The notes below the pieces were generated by a model that saw only the letters and a program-made list of their open reading frames with translations, did not search any database and was not told the DNA's origin. From the IMG/VR virus record IMGVR_UViG_3300046170_000519, positions 141,858-205,857 of that record: DNA of 64,000 bases. The stretch is one strand, 5' to 3'. Position numbers and translations under genes: made by a program. Numbering within the stretch: the first letter of the stretch is position 1; each line of letters begins with the position of its first letter. Below, in pieces: positions 22,899-31,982 of the stretch.

Positions 22899-23846
22899 CT
22901 AGCCTTTGACTTTGAATGTTGCAGTGTATCCAAGATTACCCGCTCCAAACTTAGGTGATTGAGATAAATATAAAGTAGCTCCCTCTACTAAAGTTAAAGG
23001 AGAGGTGAAATCAGATTTTGAGTTTTTTTCATCTAATGGGTGTGTCCATGATTTTTCTGATTTTGTTCCATCTGCAGCTGATTGATTTAATGTTATTGTT
23101 GATTCTGTATTAGAACCTCCTGTTGTAAATATAGAAGCTGTAACACTTAAAACTTTTTTGTTATGCCAGGAGGAGGGGACAACTATGATTGCATCTTCAA
23201 AATTAAAATTATCAATAAGTTCAGAAGCTGGAACATTATTTATTGCAAAATACTCTTCTTCATTGGGGTATTTTTTCCAATTAGCTTCATCACGAGTCCA
23301 GACTCCGCCGTTTCCGTTTGATTCACCTTCTACTTTATGATTAATCCAAGCATTTATTAAAGCTTGTGAAGGAGCATTATCCCCAGAAACTTGAGCATTG
23401 TACTGAGTAACAGAGATATCTCCAACAGCTGCATTATATAAAGTTTCATAATCATCAATCATAAATTGATAAGACTGGTTTTTCTCTATTACATAGACTA
23501 CCATGCCTAATTTTAAACGACCAGAACTCATTAAATCTCTGTTTAGCTCTAATAAAGCAGGAGTAGTTATTATTTCAACACAGGGAGGGACCTCATTCCT
23601 GTTACAGCTTCTTGGAACTTCTTCTGTTCCACCAGGTGTATATATTAATGGTATAAAATTAAGAGGATCATCAAGTGGAATGCCTGTGACTCCATTAGTA
23701 GTACTATAAGTAATATTGTTTAAATGATAATATTCTTGTAAACCACCAATGAGAGATGTCCCAGAAGTTACTCCAGTTTGAGAACTCATGGAAAAAGAAT
23801 CTGCAACTTGTTTTGCTGTTAAATGTATGTGATCTGAAAAACTCAT
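22899..23846 (-). CDS. hypothetical protein, probably structural (315 aa)
   Basis: ORF tightly packed between two T-repeat genes; non-repetitive; contains RLKLGMVVYVIEKNQSYQF, a motif style I associate with phage tail/fibre proteins (weak). Confidence 0.6.
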   Translation of the reverse strand: MSFSDHIHLTAKQVADSFSMSSQTGVTSGTSLIGGLQEYYHLNNITYSTTNGVTGIPLDDPLNFIPLIYTPGGTEEVPRSCNRNEVPPCVEIITTPALLELNRDLMSSGRLKLGMVVYVIEKNQSYQFMIDDYETLYNAAVGDISVTQYNAQVSGDNAPSQALINAWINHKVEGESNGNGGVWTRDEANWKKYPNEEEYFAINNVPASELIDNFNFEDAIIVVPSSWHNKKVLSVTASIFTTGGSNTESTITLNQSAADGTKSEKSWTHPLDEKNSKSDFTSPLTLVEGATLYLSQSPKFGAGNLGYTATFKVKG

Positions 23847-23855
23847 AGCTTTATA

Positions 23856-25382
23856 TTATTTTGAAACAGCTCTCCATTTTACTCTATCGTTGCCACTATT
23901 ATCAAAAGCAAAAGAGTTAGTCGATCTGTTGCCGTAAGTAGAATAAACTTTATAAATCGTTCCATTAAAACTTACGTTATGAGAAGAAAGCACTGAGTCT
24001 GGTGATAATGTTGTGTCAACACCATTGATCGTTTTGATTATATCAAAATTTGGAGATACATGATCAATAGGCAACCAGAAGCTGTAAATATATTTATTAC
24101 CAGTTCCTTGAAAACAACCAGCGTTATTTCCGTAAGTGTTTTCTGGGATTGTAATTTCATTAAACAAACCGTCACCACTGAATTGATCAACGGGTATTTC
24201 TTGGAAGAAGCAAGATCCATAGACACTTGTACACTGTCCTGCATAAGTTTCTCCACTGTAGCAAGTATTTTGGTTGTCAACAACACTTGTTATGTAATCA
24301 GCTAATTCAGAAGGTGAGTCTACACCATTAATTATAGTAAAAGATTTTGCTGGTGAGACACTATTCGCGTTAAATAATTCCGCCCAGTCAAATGTAGAAT
24401 AATCTGTTCCGCTAGCAAGAGGTTGCTCTGCTACTTTGTGAGGTTCAGCTATTAAGTAGCCAACAGCACTAGGATTAGTGCCGCCAGCTTCTGTTGGAGT
24501 GTTTGTTTCTGTCATAGTTTCTGTATTAGTTTGAGTCTGAGTTTCAGTCTGAGTTTGAGTTTCAGTCTGAGTTTGAGTTTCGGTTTCAGTTTGGGTAAAT
24601 GAACCTGTTTCGGTCTGAGTTTGAGTTTCGGTCTGAGTTTGAGTTTCGGTCTGAGTTTGAGTTTCGGTTTCAGTTTGAGTTTCTGTTTCAGTTTGGGTAA
24701 ATGAACCTGTTTCAGTCTGGGTCTGAGTTTCGGTCTGAGTTTGAGTTTCGGTCTGAGTTTGAGTTTCGGTTTCAGTTTGAGTCTCTGTTTCAGTTTGGGT
24801 AAATGAACCTGTTTCAGTCTGAGTCTGAGTTTCAGTATAAGTTTGAGTTTCTGTTTGGGTCTGAGTTTCTGTTTCAGTTTGGGTAAATGAGCCTGTTTCA
24901 GTCTGAGTTTGAGTTTCTGTATAAGTTTGAGTTTCTGTTTCAGTCTGAGTTTCTGTTTCAGTCTGAGTTTCTGTTTCAGTCTGAGTAAATGAACCTGTTT
25001 CAGTCTGAGTAAACGAACCTGTTTCAGTCTGAGTAAATGTAGATGTATCTGTTTCCGTGAATGTAGGAGTTATTCCACAATGAGAAATTCTTTGATCAGA
25101 GGAGGTTGAGTAAGGGCTAACAAAAGCATGATTAATAGTTATTGATTTACCTTGTTGTAATTCAATATAATAAACTTTTCCGCATTCTAATTCTGAAAAA
25201 GATTGAGATGAACTAGCTGCAGCAATCCAAGATTTTGCAGACCCAGAATCATCAATTTGCCAAACCGTATTTATTTCAGATTTATGAGAATTAAGAGGAA
25301 AATTAGTACAACTAGATAGGCTTTGAGTTCCTGGACAGAAACCATACCATATGAAGTTATATTTTTTATTTAAGAGGGCCAT
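23856..25382 (-). CDS. T-repeat protein, 508 aa: Cys N-terminal domain, about 195-aa TETQ/GSFTQ spacer, globular C-terminal domain
   Basis: ORF track; N-terminal WYGFCP...LECGKVYYIEL shared with the 944-aa neighbour; repeats at about 24490-25075. Confidence 0.8.
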   Translation of the reverse strand: MALLNKKYNFIWYGFCPGTQSLSSCTNFPLNSHKSEINTVWQIDDSGSAKSWIAAASSSQSFSELECGKVYYIELQQGKSITINHAFVSPYSTSSDQRISHCGITPTFTETDTSTFTQTETGSFTQTETGSFTQTETETQTETETQTETETQTYTETQTQTETGSFTQTETETQTQTETQTYTETQTQTETGSFTQTETETQTETETQTQTETQTQTETQTQTETGSFTQTETETQTETETQTQTETQTQTETQTQTETGSFTQTETETQTQTETQTQTETQTQTNTETMTETNTPTEAGGTNPSAVGYLIAEPHKVAEQPLASGTDYSTFDWAELFNANSVSPAKSFTIINGVDSPSELADYITSVVDNQNTCYSGETYAGQCTSVYGSCFFQEIPVDQFSGDGLFNEITIPENTYGNNAGCFQGTGNKYIYSFWLPIDHVSPNFDIIKTINGVDTTLSPDSVLSSHNVSFNGTIYKVYSTYGNRSTNSFAFDNSGNDRVKWRAVSK

Positions 25383-25421
25383 TTTTCGAATAAATACTAA
25401 AAAAGAATGTGTAAATTGTTT

Positions 25422-25427
25422 TTACAC
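25422..25427 (-). promoter_or_regulatory. GTGTAA motif, one arm of the inverted repeat tgtgtaaa-N5-tttacaca (25408-25428)
   Basis: 39 nt upstream of ATG 25382. Confidence 0.45.
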
Positions 25428-25468
25428 AAAAAAATATAGTTTTGTTTATTTTTTGCTAAATACATAAT

Positions 25469-28303
25469 TTATAAAGTTAAAATACATTTCCCCTCAGATA
25501 TATCACACTGATAACATTTATCATTATATGAAAGAATGATATTATTGCTAGCAAATTCTCCAACAGATGTTGCCCCCATAATAAAACTCATTGAGCTATT
25601 ATCTGATAGCCATATATCGATAGTAAAAGGAAGGCTGGTTGTTGATTTAGATATGTTTGGTAAACATACGCTTGAGTTTCCAACTAAACCTACATGAACT
25701 CCAGATAAAGTAATAACCTCTGAAGAAACTGGATCTATAATTTCTTGTATATTTGAGGAAATATCCACAGAATTTTGGCAGCAAGAAGTTGATGTATTGG
25801 TTGGGGTGCTTGGAAAAACAATAATATGAGTTAAAGTTCTTGTTTCAGTCTGAGTTTGGGTCTCTGTTTGAGTTTCAGTCTGAGTTTGTGTTTCTGTCTC
25901 CGTCTCTGTTTCAGTCTGAGTTTCAGTTTCTGTTTCGGTAAATGTATTTGTCTGAGTTTGAGTCTCTGTTTCAGTTTGAGTCTCTGTCTCTGTTTGAGTC
26001 TGAGTACTAGTTTCTGTCTCTGTTTCGGTCTGAGTCTGGGTCTCTGTTTGAGTTTCAGTCTGAGTTTGTGTTTCTGTCTCTGTCTCTGTTTGAGTCTGAG
26101 TACCAGTTTCTGTCTCTGTCTCTGTTTGAGTCTGAGTACCAGTTTCTGTCTCTGTCTCTGTTTCAGTCTGAGTCTGGGTCTCTGTTTGAGTTTCAGTCTG
26201 AGTTTGTGTTTCTGTCTCTGTCTCTGTTTCAGTCTGAGTTTCAGTTTCTGTTTCGGTAAATGTATTTGTCTGAGTTTGAGTCTCTGTTTCAGTTTGAGTT
26301 TCTGTCTCTGTTTCAGTCTGAGTACCAGTTTCTGTCTCTGTCTCTGTTTCAGTCTGAGTCTGGGTCTCTGTTTGAGTTTCAGTCTGAGTTTGTGTTTCTG
26401 TCTCTGTCTCTGTTTCAGTCTGAGTTTCAGTTTCTGTTTCGGTAAATGTATTTGTCTGAGTTTGAGTTTCTGTCTCTGTTTCAGTCTGAGTACCAGTTTC
26501 TGTCTCTGTCTCTGTTTCAGTCTGAGTTTGTGTTTCTGTCTCTGTCTCTGTTTCAGTCTGAGTTTCAGTTTCTGTTTCAGTTTGGGTTTCTGTCTCTGTT
26601 TCAGTCTGAGTACCAGTTTGAGTCTCTGTTTCAGTTTGAGTCTGAGTCTGGGTCTCTGTTTGAGTTTCAGTCTGAGTTTCAGTTTCTGTTTCGGTAAATG
26701 TATTTGTCTGAGTTTGAGTCTCTGTTTCAGTTTGAGTCTCTGTTTCAGTTTGAGTCTCTGTTTCAGTTTGAGTTTCTGTCTCTGTTTGAGTCTGAGTACC
26801 AGTTTCTGTCTCTGTCTCTGTTTCAGTCTGAGTCTGGGTCTCTGTTTGAGTTTCAGTCTGAGTTTGTGTTTCTGTCTCTGTCTCTGTTTCAGTCTGAGTT
26901 TCAGTTTCTGTTTCGGTAAATGTATTTGTCTGAGTTTGAGTCTCTGTTTCAGTTTGAGTTTCTGTCTCTGTTTCAGTCTGAGTACCAGTTTCTGTCTCTG
27001 TCTCTGTTTCAGTCTGAGTTTGTGTTTCTGTCTCTGTCTCTGTTTCAGTCTGAGTTTCAGTTTCTGTTTCAGTTTGGGTTTCTGTCTCTGTTTCAGTCTG
27101 AGTACCAGTTTCTGTTTCTGTCTCTGTTTCAGTCTGAGTCTGGGTCTGTGTTTGAGTTTCAGTCTGAGTTTCAGTTTCTGTTTCGGTAAATGTATTTGTC
27201 TGAGTTTGAGTCTCTGTTTCAGTTTGAGTCTCTGTTTCAGTTTGAGTCTCTGTTTCAGTTTGAGTTTCTGTCTCTGTTTGAGTCTGAGTACCAGTTTCTG
27301 TCTCTGTCTCTGTTTCAGTCTGAGTCTGGGTCTCTGTTTGAGTTTCAGTCTGAGTTTGTGTTTCTGTCTCTGTCTCTGTTTCAGTCTGAGTTTCAGTTTC
27401 TGTTTCGGTAAATGTATTTGTCTGAGTTTGAGTCTCTGTTTCAGTTTGAGTTTCTGTCTCTGTTTCAGTCTGAGTACCAGTTTCTGTCTCTGTCTCTGTT
27501 TCAGTCTGAGTTTGTGTTTCTGTCTCTGTCTCTGTTTCAGTCTGAGTTTCAGTTTCTGTTTCAGTTTGGGTTTCTGTCTCTGTTTCAGTCTGAGTACCAG
27601 TTTCTGTTTCTGTCTCTGTTTCAGTCTGAGTCTGGGTCTCTGTTTGAGTTTCAGTCTGAGTTTCAGTTTCTGTTTCGGTAAATGTATTTGTCTGAGTTTG
27701 AGTCTCTGTTTCAGTCTGAGTACCAGTTTCTGTCTCTGTCTCTGTTTCAGTCTGAGTCTGGGTCTCTGTTTGAGTCTGAGTCTGGGTCTCTGTTTGGGTC
27801 TGAGTACCAGTTTCTGTTTGAGTCTCCGTCTCTGTTTCAGTGAATGTATTTGTCTGGGTTTGAGTCTCTGTTTCTGTTTCTGTTTCTGTTTCAGAAATTG
27901 TTGGAGATACTGTCGGGGTTCCATCAGCACAACAACCTAAAGATAGTCTATATATATCTGTAGAACTTGAATGAGAAAATTGAAATTCAGGAATATCAAC
28001 AAATCCTTGCCCTGGTTTTAGAATAATTTTATAAGCTTTTCCGCACTCTAAGGATTTTATTCCAAGGAATGGAATTTGACTTTTAGTAGCTGAACTCGAA
28101 TAAGAAGACTCTGAAACTAAATCTTCAAAAGGATGTATAGCATAATAAATTTCTGGATGATTGTGATCGTTGTTATTAGAATCTCCCGCATCAATAGTTA
28201 CTAAATCAAAAGGGATACATTTCGCAGCACTTTCTTCAGGACAAGTCCCATACCACCCATAGTAAATTAGGTAATTGGATTGATTTTGATCTAAGCGAGC
28301 CAT
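25469..28303 (-). CDS. T-repeat protein, 944 aa: Cys N-terminal domain, about 685-aa TETQ spacer, CC-type C-terminal domain
   Basis: ORF track; N-terminal WYGTCP...LECGKAYKIIL; repeats at about 25840-27895. Confidence 0.8.
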   Translation of the reverse strand: MARLDQNQSNYLIYYGWYGTCPEESAAKCIPFDLVTIDAGDSNNNDHNHPEIYYAIHPFEDLVSESSYSSSATKSQIPFLGIKSLECGKAYKIILKPGQGFVDIPEFQFSHSSSTDIYRLSLGCCADGTPTVSPTISETETETETETQTQTNTFTETETETQTETGTQTQTETQTQTQTETQTQTETETETETGTQTETETQTQTNTFTETETETQTETQTETQTQTETETETETGTQTETETETQTETETETQTETETETETQTQTETETETETGTQTETETETQTETETQTQTNTFTETETETQTETETETETQTQTETQTETQTQTETETETETGTQTQTETETQTETETQTETETQTETETQTQTNTFTETETETQTETQTQTQTQTETETETETGTQTETETETQTETETETQTETETETETQTQTETETETETGTQTETETETQTETETQTQTNTFTETETETQTETETETETQTQTETQTETQTQTETETETETGTQTQTETETQTETETQTETETQTETETQTQTNTFTETETETQTETQTETQTQTQTETETQTGTQTETETETQTETETETQTETETETETQTQTETETETETGTQTETETETQTQTNTFTETETETQTETETETETQTQTETQTETQTQTETETETETGTQTETETETQTETETQTQTNTFTETETETQTETETETETQTQTETQTETQTQTETETETETGTQTQTETETETGTQTQTETETETQTQTETQTETQTQTETETETSTQTQTETETQTETETQTQTNTFTETETETQTETETETETQTQTETQTETQTQTETRTLTHIIVFPSTPTNTSTSCCQNSVDISSNIQEIIDPVSSEVITLSGVHVGLVGNSSVCLPNISKSTTSLPFTIDIWLSDNSSMSFIMGATSVGEFASNNIILSYNDKCYQCDISEGKCILTL
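26698..27681. repeat. near-perfect 492-bp tandem duplication inside the 944-aa gene spacer
   Basis: Shadow ORFs 26698-26919 and 27190-27411 translate identically; 26920-27189 and 27412-27681 differ by one residue; offset 492 nt (164 codons). Confidence 0.85.
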
Positions 28304-28304
28304 G

Positions 28305-30974
28305 TTAACTTATTGTTATAGAATAAACACCTCCGTTAAGATTTACGGTTTGACCCTCTAGCATCTTTACCATGTCTTCTACACTGGTGAATTCTGGGTA
28401 ATATGTATCTTTAGGTTGGAATGGGGAGTAATATGATTTGAGCATCATACCTTCAACATACAAATGGTTTTCTACCGAAATAACCGTTTCTGCTTGTACG
28501 AATCTAGGGCCTGAAGAAAAGAAAGAATTCCATTGTCCAGGATCGCTAGTCCATTCTAGTATAAAAGTCGAATCTGGTACAAGATAACGTACATATAAAC
28601 CACCAGCATCTTCTTCAACAGTAAGACCTGATAGTTTTGTTACCATGTCTTCTACACTAGCGAATTCTGAATAATATGTATCTTTAGGTTGGAATGGGGA
28701 ATAATATGATTTGAGCATCATACCTTCAACATACAAATGGTTTTCTACCGAAATAACCGTTCCTGCTTGTACGAATCTAGGGCCTGAGGAAAAGAAAGAA
28801 TTCCATTGTCCAGGATCGCTAGTCCATTCTAAATAAAACTTTTTCAATCTAGGAGCTGGCGTTTCAGTTTCTGTTTGAGTAAATGTTTCGGTAGTTGTTG
28901 GTGTTGGGATGATGCTGTTTACATTAACTAATATAATTGTGCTCTGATTAGGGCCTGTAAGCTCTCCTATCCAGCATTCTCCTCCATAAGTATATTTTAT
29001 TGAACCATTAGAAACACCAAATGAAAGAGTTACATATCCTGTAAAGGTTGGATTTTGAACAGAGTCTTGAATGAAATAAGATCTATTCGTTGTATCTGAT
29101 ACATCTAAATGGTAAAAGCAAAGAGTGCCTCCATTATCAAAACCATTTACATTAAAACCTGTATCCGCCGAAAATTGTGATCCCGTAGTTCTTGCTTGAA
29201 TATCCCCAAACCCATCACAGCAATTAGGCTCAGAAGTTTGTGTTTCTGTTTCAGTCCCTGTTTGGGTTAAAGTAAATGAGCCTGTCTCTGTTTGTGTTTC
29301 TGTATCAGTCTGAGTTTGCGTTTCTGTCTCAGTTTGGGTTTGTGTTTCTGTTTCGGTCTGAGTCTGAGTATGAGTTTCTGTTTCAGTCTGAGTCTGAGTG
29401 CCAGTTTCTGTTTCAGTCTCTGTATCAGTCTGAGTTTGCGTTTCTGTCTCAGTTTGGGTTTGTGTTTCTGTTTCGGTCTGAGTGTGAGTATGAGTTTTTG
29501 TTTCAGTCTGAGTCTGAGTGCCAGTTTCTGTTTCAGTCTCTGTAGTCGTCTGAGTTTCTGTCTCTGTCTCAGTCTGGGTTTGCGTTTCTGTCTCAGTTTG
29601 AGTTTGCGTTTCTGTTTCTGTCTCAGTTTGAGTTTGTGTTTCTGTCTCGGTCTGAGTCTGAGTTTGTGTTTCAGTCTGAGTCTGAGTTTCTGTTTCTGTT
29701 TGGGTAAATGTATTTGTCTGAGTTTGAGTATCTGTTTGGGTCTGAGTGCCAGTTTCTGTTTCAGTCTCTGTAGTCGTCTGAGTTTCTGTCCCTGTCTCAG
29801 TCTGAGTTTGCGTTTCTGTCTCAGTTTGGGTTTGTGTTTCTGTTTCAGTCTGAGTCTGAGTTTGTGTTTCTGTATCTGTATGGGTCTGAGTTTCTGTCTC
29901 GGTCTGAGTCTGAGTCTCTGTTTGAGTCTGAGTACCAGTTTCTGTTTCAGTAAATGTGTTTGTCTGAGTTTCTGTCTCGGTTTGAGTTTGCGTTTCTGTT
30001 TCTGTCTCGGTTTGAGTTTGCGTTTCTGTTTCAGTCTGAGTCTGAGTTTGTGTTTCTGTTTCAGTCTGAGTCTGAGTTTCTGTTTCTGTTTGGGTAAATG
30101 TATTTGTCTGAGTTTGAGTATCTGTTTGGGTCTGAGTGCCAGTTTCTGTCTCTGTTTCTGTTTCGGTCTGAGTCTGAGTTTCTGTATCTGTTTCCGTAAA
30201 TGTATTTGTCTGAGTTTGAGTTTCTGTCTCTGTTTGGGTTTGGGTTTCGGTTTGGGTAAAAGAACCTGTTTCAGTTTTTGTTTCTGTTCTTGTATTAGTA
30301 AATGTATTAGTATAAGTTTGGCTGTTTGTCGCAGTTTCGGTTTGGGTATCTGTATTTGTTTTAGTATGAGTTTGAGTCTCTGTTTCTGTATTAGTATCAG
30401 TTATTGTTGAAGTTTGAGTTGTTGTGTAAGACCCTGTTTCGGTTTGAGTTGGTGTTTCAGTTTCTGTTCTGGTTTGAGTTTGCGTGAATGAACCTGTTTC
30501 GGTTTGAGTCTCTGTAAATGAACCTGTTTCGGTTTCAGTTTCTGTATTTGAGGGAGTTTCCGTCGGGTTTGTTTCTGTTATAGTTGGTGATTTAGGTATT
30601 GAGTCTATTAGGAAATCAGGTTTATATATAGGATTATGGCAATGAGAAACAGTAAAATCACAACTAGAACTATTTACTTGAATTTTTAAAAAATTAAAAT
30701 TAAAAATTTGTTGATAATTTAATGTGTCTGAAGATTTTGAAGAAACCTCAAGGCTATAAATCTTTACCCAAGATTTTAAATTGATATCATTTGATACATA
30801 TATCGATATATCACTAGGAGAATCAGATTTATTATTTAAAAAAAGTGTAAAAGAATGAGTTAAATGCTTAGATATATCATAGTTTATAGACTCCGAAGAG
30901 CCTGAATCAGTAGGAAGCAATGAACCCGAAAATTCATAGCTAACTGATAGTGTTTTATTTAACTCAGACCTCAT
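28305..30974 (-). CDS. T-repeat protein, 889 aa: N-terminal domain, about 450-aa spacer, CC-type domain, duplicated C-terminal domain
   Basis: ORF track; repeats at about 29235-30580; the C-terminus has two copies of EWTSDPGQWNSFFSSGPRFVQA.TVISVENHLYVEGMMLKSYYSPFQPKDTYY. Confidence 0.8.
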   Translation of the reverse strand: MRSELNKTLSVSYEFSGSLLPTDSGSSESINYDISKHLTHSFTLFLNNKSDSPSDISIYVSNDINLKSWVKIYSLEVSSKSSDTLNYQQIFNFNFLKIQVNSSSCDFTVSHCHNPIYKPDFLIDSIPKSPTITETNPTETPSNTETETETGSFTETQTETGSFTQTQTRTETETPTQTETGSYTTTQTSTITDTNTETETQTHTKTNTDTQTETATNSQTYTNTFTNTRTETKTETGSFTQTETQTQTETETQTQTNTFTETDTETQTQTETETETETGTQTQTDTQTQTNTFTQTETETQTQTETETQTQTQTETETQTQTETETETQTQTETETQTNTFTETETGTQTQTETQTQTETETQTHTDTETQTQTQTETETQTQTETETQTQTETGTETQTTTETETETGTQTQTDTQTQTNTFTQTETETQTQTETQTQTQTETETQTQTETETETQTQTETETQTQTETETETQTTTETETETGTQTQTETKTHTHTQTETETQTQTETETQTQTDTETETETGTQTQTETETHTQTQTETETQTQTETETQTQTDTETQTETGSFTLTQTGTETETQTSEPNCCDGFGDIQARTTGSQFSADTGFNVNGFDNGGTLCFYHLDVSDTTNRSYFIQDSVQNPTFTGYVTLSFGVSNGSIKYTYGGECWIGELTGPNQSTIILVNVNSIIPTPTTTETFTQTETETPAPRLKKFYLEWTSDPGQWNSFFSSGPRFVQAGTVISVENHLYVEGMMLKSYYSPFQPKDTYYSEFASVEDMVTKLSGLTVEEDAGGLYVRYLVPDSTFILEWTSDPGQWNSFFSSGPRFVQAETVISVENHLYVEGMMLKSYYSPFQPKDTYYPEFTSVEDMVKMLEGQTVNLNGGVYSITIS
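28368..28831. repeat. direct repeat: 191-bp copies at 28368-28558 and 28641-28831 (offset 273 nt, 91 codons)
   Basis: Manual alignment gives 7 mismatches in 191 nt, all transitions. Confidence 0.9.
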
Positions 30975-30984
30975 AATAAACTAA

Positions 30985-31013
30985 TAAAAGTATTTTACAC
31001 GAAAATACTTTTA
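30985..31013 (-). terminator. 12-bp inverted repeat (possible terminator or regulatory hairpin) overlapping a GTGTAA motif
   Basis: taaaagtatttt-acacg-aaaatactttta between the fcl-like gene and the 889-aa gene. The stem is AT-rich, so it is weak as an intrinsic terminator. Confidence 0.35.
30995..31000 (-). promoter_or_regulatory. GTGTAA motif
   Basis: 20 nt upstream of ATG 30974. Confidence 0.45.
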
Positions 31014-31049
31014 GAAGCCGATTTTATATAAAAAAAGTTACATTTTAGA

Positions 31050-31982
31050 TTACTCTCTAAGGTCTGCTGATGATTTATTACTCAAATACCAGTTTATTGT
31101 TTGCTCAAGACCTTCCTCAAAAGAAATGGGATGAAAGTCTGGGAAAATAATTTTCATTTTTGAGACATCTAACACTTTTCTTTGTACTCCATTTGGTTTT
31201 GATGTATCCCATTTCAAATCTCCTTTGTATTTTATAAATTTAGCAGTTAAATCAGCAAGTTCTTTGATTGATGTCCCAATACCTGTCCCGATGTTTACAG
31301 GATCTAGATCGTGATCAACATTTACAGACATAGAAATAACCTTGGCAGCATCCTTAACGTGTAAAAATTCTCTAACAGGACTTCCATCACCCCAATTAGT
31401 AATTTCGGGTTCATTTATTTGATCAGAAAACCTTTTTATTAAAGCTGATACTACATGAGCTCGATATTCTTGAAATACATCGTGTTCTCCGTATAAGTTA
31501 GTAAGCACTAGGTGGTTTCCTAATAATCCATATTGTTGATAATAAGATTTTTGAGCTATTAATTGAATTTTTTTTGAAGAGCCGTAGCCGATAACAGAAT
31601 CGTGCATGGGGCCATTCCAAAAATCTTTTTCTTTCATATCTCCTTCGACGTGACCTGGGTAAGCACAGGCAGAACCTACAGCAACAACTTTATTAACATC
31701 GTTTTTTGCCGCAGCCTCATAAATATTAGCTGTCATTAAAGTGTTATTCCTGAAGAGGTTAGCGGGCTCTTCGACATTAATGTTTAATCCGCCATAATAT
31801 GCAGCCGAATGAATTATGACTTCTGGCTTATGTTTTTTAATATAATTAAAAGTTGAATTATAATCATAAAGATTAAACTCAGAGCTTCTTGGAGCAAGGA
31901 CTTCGAATTTTTTTTCGCACTCGCTAACGATTTGCCTCCCCAGAAAACCTGAACCGCCTGTAACTAATATTTTTTTATACAT
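31050..31982 (-). CDS. fcl: GDP-L-fucose synthase-like epimerase/reductase (Fcl/WcaG family)
   Basis: GGSGFLG NAD(P)-binding motif, HSAAYYGG, GSACAYP (Ser/Cys), YGSSKK (YxxxK), NLYG.HD, AHVV (catalytic His), WGDGSPVREFLHV, WDTSKPNG..RK.LD. Confidence 0.8.
   Translation of the reverse strand: MYKKILVTGGSGFLGRQIVSECEKKFEVLAPRSSEFNLYDYNSTFNYIKKHKPEVIIHSAAYYGGLNINVEEPANLFRNNTLMTANIYEAAAKNDVNKVVAVGSACAYPGHVEGDMKEKDFWNGPMHDSVIGYGSSKKIQLIAQKSYYQQYGLLGNHLVLTNLYGEHDVFQEYRAHVVSALIKRFSDQINEPEITNWGDGSPVREFLHVKDAAKVISMSVNVDHDLDPVNIGTGIGTSIKELADLTAKFIKYKGDLKWDTSKPNGVQRKVLDVSKMKIIFPDFHPISFEEGLEQTINWYLSNKSSADLRE

Noticed and set aside
28368-28831. Near-identical pair as a DGR template/variable repeat
   Set aside because: The mismatches are mixed transitions rather than adenine-specific, both copies are in-frame coding, and no reverse transcriptase occurs in the window.
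25831-30410. 699-aa RLKQ ORF (minus), 694-aa and 372-aa plus-strand ORFs, and short YLSEF ORFs
   Set aside because: Alternative frames of the repeats within the 944-aa and 889-aa genes.
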